DNA of 64,000 bases from Pseudomonadota bacterium (GTDB taxonomy: Bacteria; Myxococcota; JACRCW01; JAFGSX01): assembly GCA_043821645.1 (NCBI GenBank), contig JBDRCO010000003.1, positions 64,001-128,000 on the forward strand, read 5' to 3'. Each line of letters begins with the position of its first letter. The stretch's first letter is position 1. This document shows, one piece after another, positions 36,483-46,515 of the stretch. The position numbers were made by a program, and so were the translations under genes. The notes under the pieces were generated by a model. That model saw only the letters and a program-made list of their open reading frames with translations. It was not told where the DNA came from and ran no database searches.

Positions 36483-37166
36483 TCAGACGCCGGGATCCCA
36501 GCTCGACGCCGGCAAGATCTTCCAGCCCGAGTCGTAGATGTCGGTCTTGATGCGCAGCACGCGCAGGGGCCAGGTACGGGTCTTGCCCTGCTTGAGGACT
36601 TCTTCGACCTCGAAGTGGTGGTACCACAGCTGGTACTCGCCGCGGCTGCCCAGCTCGGGCATGAGCTGGCGCAGGGGATTGTTCGCGTTCCAGTAGACCC
36701 AGGTGTTGACCCGCGCGGCGCGGGCGAACAGCGGGAACTTCCTGGCGAAGAGCTCGGCCTGGGCCTGGGTCGGCGCGATCACCTCGCGCGCCTGCTCGCG
36801 GGTGATCTCGGCAGCGGTCTTGAGCTTGTACTTCTTCTTCAGGTAGTCGCTGCCCAGGCGGTCAAGCTTCTTCAGCTCGCTGACGGCATCGGCGAGCTTG
36901 GCCTTCTCGACCACCTCGGGTTCGCGCTTGACGATCTTCCAGTTGGCGATGGCCACCACCTCGGCGTCCAGGGTCACCTTGCCCAGCAGGTAGGTCCGCG
37001 CGTAGTCCGGACCTGTGCCCTCCAGGGCGTTGAGGTAGTCGGTGGCGATGCGCAGGGGTTCGTCCGGTGCAGCCTCGGCCAGAGGTTTGTCAACGGGAGC
37101 GGGGGCCTTGGTCGCGGCCATCCCCATCAGGGCGAGAGTGCTGAGCAACACGAGCTTGGTGTGCAT
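36483..37166 (-). CDS. Secreted hypothetical protein
   Basis: Signal peptide MHTKLVLLSTLALMGMAA; strong host codon usage; start approximate. Confidence 0.75.
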   Translation of the reverse strand: MHTKLVLLSTLALMGMAATKAPAPVDKPLAEAAPDEPLRIATDYLNALEGTGPDYARTYLLGKVTLDAEVVAIANWKIVKREPEVVEKAKLADAVSELKKLDRLGSDYLKKKYKLKTAAEITREQAREVIAPTQAQAELFARKFPLFARAARVNTWVYWNANNPLRQLMPELGSRGEYQLWYHHFEVEEVLKQGKTRTWPLRVLRIKTDIYDSGWKILPASSWDPGV

Positions 37167-37317
37167 GGTCGGCTCCATCCCTGCCCCCCGCGGGGCCGCG
37201 CGTTGTGGCGAGCCAGGGATGATAGTCAGGGTGCGCGGGAGATCCAATGGTCGCGACTGAGGGTCCACGGTCACAACCCATTGCGGTCCTCTCCCGACCG
37301 GCGCAGCCGGGGAGCTG

Positions 37318-37344
37318 TGATGACGTCGCCCCCCGGCGTCATCA
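37318..37344. terminator. Intergenic stem-loop (possible terminator)
   Basis: TGATGACGTCG...CGGCGTCATCA 11-bp stem just downstream of the 37359 stop; no clear U tract. Confidence 0.4.
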
Positions 37345-37358
37345 GGGGAGCCGGCGGA

Positions 37359-38879
37359 TCACTCCGATGCCGCAGCCGGGCTCTTGACCCTGGTCACACT
37401 CCCCGACAACCAGGCGCGCGCGGTTCCGCCCTGGCTGGTGCAGGGAGCCAAAGACTTCAATGCCGCTGCCTCGACGCAGCGTCTGGCCGGGTCCACGATC
37501 TGCTCGGCAGTCGTGTTCTTCTTGGCCGGCAGCAGGAAGGTGGCCTTGGTGGCGTGACCCACCTCGTCAAAATGGACCTCGTAATAGAAGTCGAGCCTGG
37601 TGCGCTTGCCATGGTCCTTGAGCGCATAGGTGTCGTCGAAGGGGAAGTCCACCAGGCACTTCTTGAACGGGTTCCCGTCGCGCGGCAGCCGCCAGTCCTG
37701 CAGCGCCGGATCCGAAACCCTGGGTTTCTGCTTTCGCCAGTCCCTGTCCTGTGTGCGCTCCTGGTTCAGCGACAGCGAGATGATGTAGCGGCCGTCGCTG
37801 GTGACGACGTCACCACGGCGGATCTTGAGGCTCAGGTTGATCATGGTTTGGCTTTTACTCTCGCCAGCAAGCGCCTTCTCGACCACGGGCTGCAGACAGG
37901 CACGTACCTCCGCCTGGGCGGACTCGACCTCGACGTCAAAGCCGCGGCCCGAACGCCGTGCGAACACGCGCGTGCTCGATTCCAGCTGCGGATGGTCCAG
38001 GCAGGGGATGCTGGCCAGGTCGACGGCGATGCGGCGGTCCTGCTGCTCGACGTTCCAGGGGCGTTCCTTGAGCAGCGACCACACAGGCGCACTCGACGAG
38101 GCCTCGCGCTCTACCTCCAGCTCGGCGCTCTCCGACTCGACCGCGCGTTCGAGCCAACCTGTGCTGTCGAGGCCACCCAAGCCGAGGCCTCCCAGGATCC
38201 CACCAACACCCTCGCTGCCACCCGCGGCCTTCCAGTCGCGTACCCTGGTCGCAGCCAGTGCTGTGGCCAGGTCGGCCACGGTCTTGAACCGCTGCACCTT
38301 GCCCTGCGCGATGCGCCAGGTGAAGTACTCCGGCCGCGGCTTCATGGCGTCGTCGTCGGTGTCGTCCTCGTCGCCACTGCCAGTCGCTGACCTGAATGTC
38401 AGCTCGACTGCACAGGCGCCCCACTTCTCGCTACACTCGATGTTCCAGGCGGCCTGGCGCAGCTCACACGGACCACCACCACAGACCTTGCTATCGGCAG
38501 CCAGGGCCGCCAGTTCCTCGTCGCCCCCCGAGCGAGGCACGCGGCACTGCGGACCGTCCTCTCGCAGACCCTGGCGCAGACGTTCGAGCACAGGCCTTGC
38601 GCGGTCAGGCGGCACCGCGTCTTTGCCGAGCTTCCTGGCCACCGCCGCGACCGCTGCAGTCATGGTGGCGTTCTCCTCGCTGTTCAGGCGCCAGTCGTTG
38701 CTGAGAATCACGAAGCGGGGTGTGCTGGCATCGGCCTTGCCTGCCGCAGGCGGCTTTTCCGTTGCTGGCTTGCCAGAGGATCGCCTGGCCCTTGCGGGTG
38801 CGCTCGCGAGCAGACACAGGAGCACACTCAGCGCGAGTGGCGAGCACCTGCTCACCGACGAGACCCGGGTCTCAAACAT
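37359..38879 (-). CDS. Secreted Cys-containing hypothetical protein
   Basis: Signal peptide, GGAGG RBS before ATG 38879; no family recognised. Confidence 0.7.
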   Translation of the reverse strand: MFETRVSSVSRCSPLALSVLLCLLASAPARARRSSGKPATEKPPAAGKADASTPRFVILSNDWRLNSEENATMTAAVAAVARKLGKDAVPPDRARPVLERLRQGLREDGPQCRVPRSGGDEELAALAADSKVCGGGPCELRQAAWNIECSEKWGACAVELTFRSATGSGDEDDTDDDAMKPRPEYFTWRIAQGKVQRFKTVADLATALAATRVRDWKAAGGSEGVGGILGGLGLGGLDSTGWLERAVESESAELEVEREASSSAPVWSLLKERPWNVEQQDRRIAVDLASIPCLDHPQLESSTRVFARRSGRGFDVEVESAQAEVRACLQPVVEKALAGESKSQTMINLSLKIRRGDVVTSDGRYIISLSLNQERTQDRDWRKQKPRVSDPALQDWRLPRDGNPFKKCLVDFPFDDTYALKDHGKRTRLDFYYEVHFDEVGHATKATFLLPAKKNTTAEQIVDPARRCVEAAALKSLAPCTSQGGTARAWLSGSVTRVKSPAAASE

Positions 38880-39144
38880 GGTCACCTCCAGCGATGGCTG
38901 CCCCCAGCCTATCGAGCAGTCCAGGGTTGCTGATGAGAATTCTCACCCCCCCTATGCGTTCCTCGGAGGACCGCGCTTTCAGTTCGTCGATCCGGGTAGC
39001 AGCGCGCTGGCACTATGGTCAGATGGCTGACCGCAGATGACAGATGATCGGCTACCTCCCAGCTTCCCCGCAGCCCCGTCCTTCAATATCATGCGCGCCA
39101 CAGCGAGGGAGCGTGCGCCACCGCCACCCAGCAACGAGGACAGC

Positions 39145-40422
39145 ATGGACACCAAGCAGCTTTACGACGAGTACCTGATCACGAGCATGGTCGCCGGCTT
39201 CGAGCCCATCGTCGCCACCAGCGCCGAGGGCTGCACCCTGGTCGGTGACGACGGCAAAGAGTACCTGGACTGCTTCAGCGGCATCTCCGTGGTCAACGCC
39301 GGTCACGGGCATCCCAGGGTGCGAGCCGCTGCCAAGGCGCAGATCGACCAGCTCGTGCATTGCTGCACCTACGTCTACTACAACCCGCGCGCGGGCGAGC
39401 TGGCGCAGAAGCTGGCCAGGGCCACACCCGGCAGGCTACAGAAGACCTTCTTCTGCAATTCAGGCGCCGAGGCGGTCGAGGGCGCCATGCGCCTGGCCAA
39501 GCAGTTCACCAGCAGGCAGGAGATCGTGTGCCTGACTCAGAGCTTTCACGGCCGCACCTGGGGCACCCTCTCGGTGACCGGCAACCGCGGGCGCAAGAAG
39601 GGCGCCGGCCCCTACGCACCGGGCATCGCCTTCACACCGGCACCGTACTGCTACCGATGCCCGTTCAAGAGTTCGCTGCCCCAGTGCGGCTACGCCTGCG
39701 CCGAGTATCTGGACCAGGTGCTGCGCTATGCCACCTGTGGCAGCGTGGCTGCTTTCCTGGCCGAGGCGGTGATGGGCGAAGGCGGCATCATCGTGCCACC
39801 ACCCGAGTACTTCAAGATCGCGGTCGAGCTCGCACGCAAGGACGGTGCGGTGTTCATCGCCGACGAGGTGCAGTGCGGCTTCGGGCGCACAGGCAAGATG
39901 TTTGCCATCGAGCACTACGGTGTCGAGCCCGACATCCTGTGCATGGCCAAGGGTATCGCCGACGGTTTCCCCCTGGGCGGCTTCATCGCGCGCCCCGATG
40001 TGGCCAACGCCTTCACCCCCGGCGACCACCTGTCCACCTTTGGCGGGAACCCCGTGTGCTGCGCGGCGGCCAGTGCCAACCTCGATGTCATGCTCGACGA
40101 GAAGCTGCCGGAACGCGCGGCCACCACCGGCGCGTGGTTCATGCAGAAGCTCGTCGAGTTGCAGGACAAGCACGGTCTCATCGGCGAGGTGCGCGGCAAG
40201 GGCCTGATGATTGGCATCGAGATGGTGCTCGACCGCAACAAGACCCCGGCACCCGAGCAGACCAAGCAGGTGCGCGGGCTGTGCCGTGAGGCCGGACTGC
40301 TGCTTGGCCAGGGTGGCTCGTTCAACAACGTGCTGCGCCTGCAGCCGCCCCTCGTGCTCACCGAGGAGCAGGCCGCGCGCGCGGTCTCGACGCTGGACCA
40401 GGCGCTGGCCAAGGTCGCCTGA
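39145..40422 (+). CDS. Class III PLP-dependent aminotransferase (4-aminobutyrate/ornithine-type)
   Basis: NSGAEA, SFHGRT, DEVQCGFGRTG, MAKGIA, TFGGNP. Confidence 0.93.
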   Translation: MDTKQLYDEYLITSMVAGFEPIVATSAEGCTLVGDDGKEYLDCFSGISVVNAGHGHPRVRAAAKAQIDQLVHCCTYVYYNPRAGELAQKLARATPGRLQKTFFCNSGAEAVEGAMRLAKQFTSRQEIVCLTQSFHGRTWGTLSVTGNRGRKKGAGPYAPGIAFTPAPYCYRCPFKSSLPQCGYACAEYLDQVLRYATCGSVAAFLAEAVMGEGGIIVPPPEYFKIAVELARKDGAVFIADEVQCGFGRTGKMFAIEHYGVEPDILCMAKGIADGFPLGGFIARPDVANAFTPGDHLSTFGGNPVCCAAASANLDVMLDEKLPERAATTGAWFMQKLVELQDKHGLIGEVRGKGLMIGIEMVLDRNKTPAPEQTKQVRGLCREAGLLLGQGGSFNNVLRLQPPLVLTEEQAARAVSTLDQALAKVA

Positions 40423-40433
40423 GCCAGGCCCGT

Positions 40434-41240
40434 TCACCCACCGTCGCGGGTCGACGATGACTCGCGCTCGTGGCGCGGCAGCGAGCGGAGAGGGCGCGCC
40501 GCTGATCGCGCGCCGCCTGTCAGCAATCCCAGTGCCCGTTCCAGCGTACGTCCGGCCCACGAACGCCGCCTGCGCAGCACCGTCTCGAAGCCATGCTCCG
40601 GCCCGGGCCTGCGCAGGAACTGCTCGATGCGCTCGAGCTCGATCTCGACCGCACGCTCCTGGCCCAGGCGCGTGGTCTCGACCTCGTCGCTGGATGCGAC
40701 GGGCTCGCCGATGCTGACCAGAAAATAAGGTTTTTCGAGATGCCTGAAGCAGTAGCGCAGCGCCACGGGCAGCACCGTGGCCTGTGGTGCACGGTTTGCG
40801 ACCACGGCCGCTCCTGGCTTGAACTCGAGGGGGCGCTCGGTGACAGGTCGCTCTCGTCCCTGGCAGAAGATCCACACCGCGCGACCAGGTCCGTTCAACA
40901 ACCCCGTGCTGTAGTCGACGCCGGCGGATCTGTCCCCGGCGTCGTCGAGCTCGACCCCGAAACCTCCCAGGCGCCCAAGAAAGGGCAGCGTGCGCAGGTT
41001 GCGGGCATCCATCATCGCGTAGCCGTCCAGGGGCACCAGGCGCGTGGACAGCAGGATGCACAACATGGGGTCCCACCACGCCGTGTGGTTGGACACGAAC
41101 AGGATGGGTCCGGTCGCAGCGGCCTCTCGCACGCGAGCCAGCCCGCGCATCTCGAGGGCCGCAAAACTGCGCAGCACGCGTCTCTCGACGTGACCGCCGA
41201 AGTACCATTTGAGAAAGGAGCTGGGCCTGGCCGGGATCAC
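40434..41240 (-). CDS. Lysophospholipid-acyltransferase-family protein, probable carotenoid-glycoside acyltransferase (CruD-like)
   Basis: NHTAWWD, WIFCQG; GTG start overlaps the cyclase stop; last gene of the crtE operon. Confidence 0.75.
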   Translation of the reverse strand: MIPARPSSFLKWYFGGHVERRVLRSFAALEMRGLARVREAAATGPILFVSNHTAWWDPMLCILLSTRLVPLDGYAMMDARNLRTLPFLGRLGGFGVELDDAGDRSAGVDYSTGLLNGPGRAVWIFCQGRERPVTERPLEFKPGAAVVANRAPQATVLPVALRYCFRHLEKPYFLVSIGEPVASSDEVETTRLGQERAVEIELERIEQFLRRPGPEHGFETVLRRRRSWAGRTLERALGLLTGGARSAARPLRSLPRHERESSSTRDGG

Positions 41241-42694
41241 GTGGCGGCTCTCACCCGCTCGCGCACCAGGTTGTAGCCCCAGTGGGCCACGCTGAGGGGG
41301 CCGAGCCTGGACAGGATCTCGCGGTAGATCACGGGCCGTCGTCTGGCGGCCTCGCGCAAGAAGCCGATGAACTGCTCGGGTGCCATCTGGTCCTTGAGCA
41401 AGGCCGCGTAATCGTCGTTGCCCAGGCCGTGCAACACGCCAAAGGCGGTGTCGAGCAGCTCGTTGAGCGCGCCGGCGCGATCCGGACGTCGCGGCGGCAC
41501 GGCAATCATCATGGCCAGGGCACCGGTGCCAGCGTGAATCGCCTCGTCCTCGAGCACGTGGCTGCCCGCGAAGCGCGGCACGGGCTGGTCGCGCACCAGG
41601 GCCGCGATGGAGCGGGACACGGGGACAAAGGTCCGCAGCATGTGGCCGAAGCCGCAAAAAGTCAGGGGAGACTGGCGCGCGGCGGCGTCTCCCACCAGGA
41701 CACAGCGAGCATGTGGCGGTGTCGACGGAGGACCCAACCGCGACCATCCGGGGATGTAACCGAAGGTGGGTCTGAGCAGCCTGGCCGCACCGCGCTTGTA
41801 GCGGGGCAGGGTGTCGAAGAAGCGGGCGTAAAGGCGGAGCAGCGCATCATCGGGAACATCGTCGCTGCGCGCGTAGTAGAACTGGTAGGTCGTGAGTTCA
41901 CCGGGCCGTCCCGGAAATCCTTCCCAGATGTGCTGGCGACCGTCCTCGACGCCCTCGGTGGTGACCAGGATGTCGCCCACACCGGGATCCAGCTCGTCGT
42001 CGGCGGGGCCCGAAGCCAGCCCCGTGAGCACGCCGCCCACCGTGGGACAGAGCAGATCCGACCTGGCGTAAGGAGACGAGGCACCGCGAGCATCGACCAG
42101 GACTCGCGTGCTGACCTCGCGTGTGGCACCGTCCACCGCAAAGCGCAGGGATACGCCGTGCTCGCCGAAGCGCTCGCCCACCAGGGCATGACCGTCGTGA
42201 ATCTCGACCCCACGCACCACGGCGCGATCGCGCACAGCATCGAGCAAGGCACCGGCATCGACGGCATTGTCCAGCACACCCTGCACAGGATAGCGCCCAC
42301 CTCGGTGCCAGCGACAGACCCCCTGGGCGTAGCGTGCCACCACCAGAGCCTGCACCTCGTCGTCGCTGAACAGCCCGGCCTCGACCAGGGGCCTGAGCTC
42401 GGGCGCGCTGGCATTCCACTCCCGGTGGGCCGTGCCAGCGCGGTGTCGCTCGAACACGCCCACGCGCAGACCCTGGTCCGCCAGCACCGGTGCCAGCAAC
42501 AGGCTCAGCCCTCCACCAGCCAGCACCACGTCGTAGTCCACCGCAGCGCTGGCGTCGGGTGGGGTGGCCGCCTCACCAGGCCTGGGCGATTGCCGAGCTC
42601 GCTCGCATCGCATGGCTTCGAGCTGCACCAAGCGCTCGGTGAGCTCGTCGCCACCGCTGTCGCGAATGCGGGCGATGAGGTCCGTGCGGTTCAC
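41237..42694 (-). CDS. cruA: CruA/CruP-family lycopene cyclase (FAD-dependent)
   Basis: REWNxS, LCPTVG, IWEGFPG, TFGYIPG, GDAAARQSPLTFCGFG; coupled to crtB. Confidence 0.75.
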   Translation of the reverse strand: MNRTDLIARIRDSGGDELTERLVQLEAMRCERARQSPRPGEAATPPDASAAVDYDVVLAGGGLSLLLAPVLADQGLRVGVFERHRAGTAHREWNASAPELRPLVEAGLFSDDEVQALVVARYAQGVCRWHRGGRYPVQGVLDNAVDAGALLDAVRDRAVVRGVEIHDGHALVGERFGEHGVSLRFAVDGATREVSTRVLVDARGASSPYARSDLLCPTVGGVLTGLASGPADDELDPGVGDILVTTEGVEDGRQHIWEGFPGRPGELTTYQFYYARSDDVPDDALLRLYARFFDTLPRYKRGAARLLRPTFGYIPGWSRLGPPSTPPHARCVLVGDAAARQSPLTFCGFGHMLRTFVPVSRSIAALVRDQPVPRFAGSHVLEDEAIHAGTGALAMMIAVPPRRPDRAGALNELLDTAFGVLHGLGNDDYAALLKDQMAPEQFIGFLREAARRRPVIYREILSRLGPLSVAHWGYNLVRERVRAAT

Positions 42695-43677
42695 GATGCA
42701 ACAACCACGGCCCGTGCGGACCCTGTACGGTCCGCTGCGGCGTCGACGAGAAAGCGCACGGCTGGCCGCGCGGGTTCATCGCAGCGGCGACGGAACCACA
42801 GCGTGGCGGCGCTGGCGCGCAACAGCAACCACAGCTTGCGCGCCTTGCTGGTGTAGGCGCGCTGGCTCACCGAGTCAAACTGGTGATGCGCGATCACGCG
42901 CCCGATGTCGGAGTAGATCAGTCGCGCCGCGCGAATGGCGGTGCGGCTGTCCCTCGGTAGCTGGCGAATGCCCAGATCGGCTCGCCTGTAGTAACCGTCG
43001 GCCACGTCGAGCAGGCGCTGTACCATCTGGCCCAAAGCCGGGCTGAAGCGCGGCTCGCGCAGCAGTTCGTCGACGTCGAGGCCGGCCTCGGCCAGCCAGT
43101 CCAGGGGCAGGTAAACGCGGCCGCTGCGCGCGTCCTCGCCCACGTCACGGGCGATGTTGGTCAGCTGCATGGCCAGGCCGAGATCACAGGCCCGGGCCAG
43201 CACGTCGGGATCGCGCGAGCCCATGAGCAGGGTCATGATCACGCCCACCGTCGAGGCCACGCGCGCGCAGTATGCCTCCAGCTCGTCCAGGGTCCGGTAG
43301 CGACGGCCCTCGGCATCCCAGGCAAAGCCCTCGAGCAGGGCGCGCAGCACGGCCTCGGGCAGTTCGTGGTCGCGGACCACCACGGCCAGGGACCTGTCCA
43401 CGGGATCGTCGTCGGGCTGTCCACGATAGATGCGATCCAGGCGTGCGTGCAGGCCGGCCACAGCCGCGTCCACATCGTCACCCTCGTCCACGGCGTCGTC
43501 GGCCACGCGGCAGAAGGCATAGCACACGGCGGCTGGCTCCCGCACTCGCGCCGGGAGGAGCAGCGAGGCAGCGGCGAAGCTCTTGCTGCCGGCACCCAGG
43601 ATGCCCTGGCAGGCCACCACGTCCTCGGGCTGCAGGCCAGCCGGCAAGGACCTCGCGATCGCGTGCGACTCAGGCAT
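42691..43677 (-). CDS. crtB: Phytoene synthase
   Basis: GSKSF, YAFCRVADDAVD, YCARVAS, AMQLTNIARDVGED, GRVYLP. Confidence 0.95.
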   Translation of the reverse strand: MPESHAIARSLPAGLQPEDVVACQGILGAGSKSFAAASLLLPARVREPAAVCYAFCRVADDAVDEGDDVDAAVAGLHARLDRIYRGQPDDDPVDRSLAVVVRDHELPEAVLRALLEGFAWDAEGRRYRTLDELEAYCARVASTVGVIMTLLMGSRDPDVLARACDLGLAMQLTNIARDVGEDARSGRVYLPLDWLAEAGLDVDELLREPRFSPALGQMVQRLLDVADGYYRRADLGIRQLPRDSRTAIRAARLIYSDIGRVIAHHQFDSVSQRAYTSKARKLWLLLRASAATLWFRRRCDEPARPAVRFLVDAAADRTGSARAVVVAS

Positions 43678-45187
43678 GGCCCACGTCGGGGAGCACGCGT
43701 TCGAGCACCTTGGCCGAGGACAGCACGCCGGGAAGACCTGCGCCCGGGTGCGTCCCTGCGCCCACCAGGTACAGACCCTCGACGTCCTCGCTCTTGTTGT
43801 GGGGCCTGAAGTAAGCACTCTGGGTGAGAATGGGCTGGGGGCCAAAGGCCGCACCCTTGAGCGACAGCAGATCATCCAGGAAGCCCTGGGGGGTCAGGGT
43901 GAAGGACTCGACGATGTGCTGGTCGAGGTCAGGCAGCAGGCGTTCCTGCAAGGCGCGCTGGATCAGCAGGCGATAGCGCTCGCCCTCGACACTCCAGTCC
44001 ACGCCGCTGTCCAGATCCGGCACCGGCGACAGCACGTAGAAGGTATCGCAGCCCTCGGGCGCCATGTCGGGATCCGTGGCCGTGGGTCTGTGCAGGTACA
44101 AGCTGAAATCGTCGGCCAGCACCTTGCGCTTGAAGATGTCGTCGAGCAGAGCCTTGTAGCGCGGCCCCATCAGGATCGTGTGGTGCTTGACGTCGGTGTA
44201 CTGCTTGTCCGTGCCGAAGTACCACACGAACAGGCTCATCGAGTACCGCATGCGGTCGATACGGCGATTGGTCCAGCGCCGGCGCACGTGCTCGGGCAAC
44301 AGGTGCTTGTAGGTGAAGGCCGCGTCGGCGTTGGACACCACGATGTCGGCCGGCAGGACCTCACCGTTGGCCAGGCGCACTCCCGTGACCTTGCGGCCCT
44401 GCACTTCAATCTCCTGCACCTCGGCGTTGTAGCGCACGCTGTTTCCCTGGCCCTCGACCAGGGAGACCATGCCCTGCACCAGGGTGCTCATGCCCCCCTT
44501 CGGATAGGTCACGCCCCAGGTGCTCTCGACATGGCTGATCAGGGCGTAGATGGCCGTGGTGGTGAACGGGTTGCCACCGACGAGGAGAGTGTGAAAGCTC
44601 AGCACCTGGCGGATCTGCTCATTCTTCACGAACTTCGAGATCAGTCCGTACACCGTGCGATAGCTCTCGAGGCGCATCATGGCCGGGGCGATCTTGAGCA
44701 TGGACCCCACGGAGTCGAAGGGCATATCCGACAGGTCCAGAAAGCCGACCTTGAAGATCTGCTCGCTCATCTTGAGATAGCCCCGAACTCCCTCGACGTC
44801 CCCGGGCGCGATGCGCTCGACCTCGCGCAATAGGCCTTCGGGATCGTCGAGGTACTGAAAGATCTTTCCGTCGTGGAAGCGAATCTCGTAGCAGGGCTCG
44901 ACCCGGCGCAGCTCGACCTCGTCGCGCAGGCTGCGACCGCACAGCTGCCACAGCTCCTCGAACAAGAAGTCCGCGGTGACGACGGTGGGCCCACAGTCAA
45001 AAGTGTAGCCGTTCTTGCGCACGGTAAAGGCGCGGCCGCCGGGCCCGCTCTTCTTCTCCAGCACGGTGACGTCGTAGCCACGCGCTCCGAGGCGGATGGC
45101 TGCGGCCAGGCCACCGAAGCCCGAGCCAATGACCACGGCACGCTTGCCGTTTCGCCTCACCGTCGTCTGCTTGATCGCCTCGGCCAT
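43670..45187 (-). CDS. crtI: Phytoene desaturase
   Basis: GSGFGGLA, FDCGPTV, GGNPF, DFSLYLH, VGAGTHPGAGLPGV; GAGG RBS before ATG 45187. Confidence 0.95.
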   Translation of the reverse strand: MAEAIKQTTVRRNGKRAVVIGSGFGGLAAAIRLGARGYDVTVLEKKSGPGGRAFTVRKNGYTFDCGPTVVTADFLFEELWQLCGRSLRDEVELRRVEPCYEIRFHDGKIFQYLDDPEGLLREVERIAPGDVEGVRGYLKMSEQIFKVGFLDLSDMPFDSVGSMLKIAPAMMRLESYRTVYGLISKFVKNEQIRQVLSFHTLLVGGNPFTTTAIYALISHVESTWGVTYPKGGMSTLVQGMVSLVEGQGNSVRYNAEVQEIEVQGRKVTGVRLANGEVLPADIVVSNADAAFTYKHLLPEHVRRRWTNRRIDRMRYSMSLFVWYFGTDKQYTDVKHHTILMGPRYKALLDDIFKRKVLADDFSLYLHRPTATDPDMAPEGCDTFYVLSPVPDLDSGVDWSVEGERYRLLIQRALQERLLPDLDQHIVESFTLTPQGFLDDLLSLKGAAFGPQPILTQSAYFRPHNKSEDVEGLYLVGAGTHPGAGLPGVLSSAKVLERVLPDVGHA

Positions 45188-45236
45188 GATGATCCTCGTC
45201 AACGCGCCAGGAGCGCGAGGGTAATAAGTCCCGCGC

Positions 45237-46274
45237 TCAGCCCGCTGCCACCAGGTGTAGCTCAGGCCTGTCGTCGTTGTCGTCCTCGATGGCGTGGCGC
45301 AGGGATGGCGGACACAGGCGCAGGCCCACCTTGCCCAGCAGCGCCAGGATGTCGTCGCGGCGCTCGCACGGGGGGACGGCGGTCACGGCCTGCTGCAGGC
45401 GCTGGTCGAGCAGCTTCAGCGCGCCGCGGACTCCGATCTGCAGCACCACGCTGGGCACGCCGTTGCGCAGGTCCTGACCCGTGGGCTTGCCCAGGGTGCT
45501 CGCCGGGCTCGCGGCATCGGCCAGGTCGTCGGCGATCTGGTAAGCCTCGCCGATGCGTCGCCCCACCTCGCGCCAGGGCGTGGGGTCGGCACCTGACGCC
45601 AGGGCACCCGCCGCCGCGGCAGCCTCGAACAGGGCCGCGGTCTTGGCGCGGTGGTACTGCTCGACGTCGACGCTGGGTTCACTCTCCCAGGCCTGGCCCG
45701 CGATGATGCCGTGGGGCGCTCCCGTGGCCTCGGCGAGCACTCGGATCAGGGCCAGCACGCGCCGCGGATCTGCGGACTCGACAGCTCCCAGAGCTGCAAA
45801 GGCCTGCACGATGAGCTGGTCACCGACCAGCACGGCGAGGTCCTCACCGTAGGCTGCGTGCACCGAGGGCTTGCCGCGGCGTATGGCCGCGTCGTCGAAG
45901 CAGGGCAGGTCGTCGTGAACCAGGGAGGCGTTGTGGATGAGCTCGATGGCCGTGGCCGCGGCCAGGCTCAGCTCGGGCTCGGTGTCGCCGCAGGCGGCCG
46001 CCACCTCCAGGCACAGGCGAGGTCGGATGCGCCCACCCTGACCGAGGACGGCATGGCGCATCGCCGCTGCCAGGCGTGGCGGAGCATCGCCGGCCGTGGC
46101 CCGCTGCAAACTCGTTTGCAGGGCTGCCTCTATCCTGTCCATGGTTCTGGCCCCTGACCGACCTCGCGGTCGATTGGAGTTCAGGATGTCGGTCTGCGAC
46201 ACAGTGCGCAATAGCTGTCCTCCCTTCTGGTCGCGGACGGTGAGAAGGTCGGGAAAGCTGGCCTCTTCGTGCAT
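45237..46274 (-). CDS. crtE: Geranylgeranyl diphosphate synthase
   Basis: RIRP, SLVHDDLPCFDD, GQAWE, KT, YQIADD; start either 46274 (GGAGA RBS) or 46142. Confidence 0.93.
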   Translation of the reverse strand: MHEEASFPDLLTVRDQKGGQLLRTVSQTDILNSNRPRGRSGARTMDRIEAALQTSLQRATAGDAPPRLAAAMRHAVLGQGGRIRPRLCLEVAAACGDTEPELSLAAATAIELIHNASLVHDDLPCFDDAAIRRGKPSVHAAYGEDLAVLVGDQLIVQAFAALGAVESADPRRVLALIRVLAEATGAPHGIIAGQAWESEPSVDVEQYHRAKTAALFEAAAAAGALASGADPTPWREVGRRIGEAYQIADDLADAASPASTLGKPTGQDLRNGVPSVVLQIGVRGALKLLDQRLQQAVTAVPPCERRDDILALLGKVGLRLCPPSLRHAIEDDNDDRPELHLVAAG

Positions 46275-46293
46275 GATTTTCTCCAGCTACGAT

Positions 46294-46330
46294 GACGAAG
46301 TCCATGTACTGTCCAGATTTAGTCGCGCAA
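46294..46330 (-). promoter_or_regulatory. Candidate crtE promoter with three 11-bp-spaced direct repeats (CarA/CarH-type operator)
   Basis: Minus strand: GCGACTaaatc TGGACAgtaca TGGACTtcgtc, overlapping TTGCGC-N16-TACATG. Confidence 0.45.
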
Positions 46331-46515
46331 CCACTGCGCAGATGGATCTCTCGCCTCAAATGGGGGCTATAGGGTGCCGTGGCCTGGGCCGGGCGTGTTC
46401 GCGCCGGGGCGGGCAGGGGGCGGTCAGGTTGCACGGCAGCCTGTGCACAGCGACAATTCCTGCCTCCAGGGATTCGACGGCCTGATGCGATCTTGAGCCG
46501 CGAGCAGGAGAAGGG

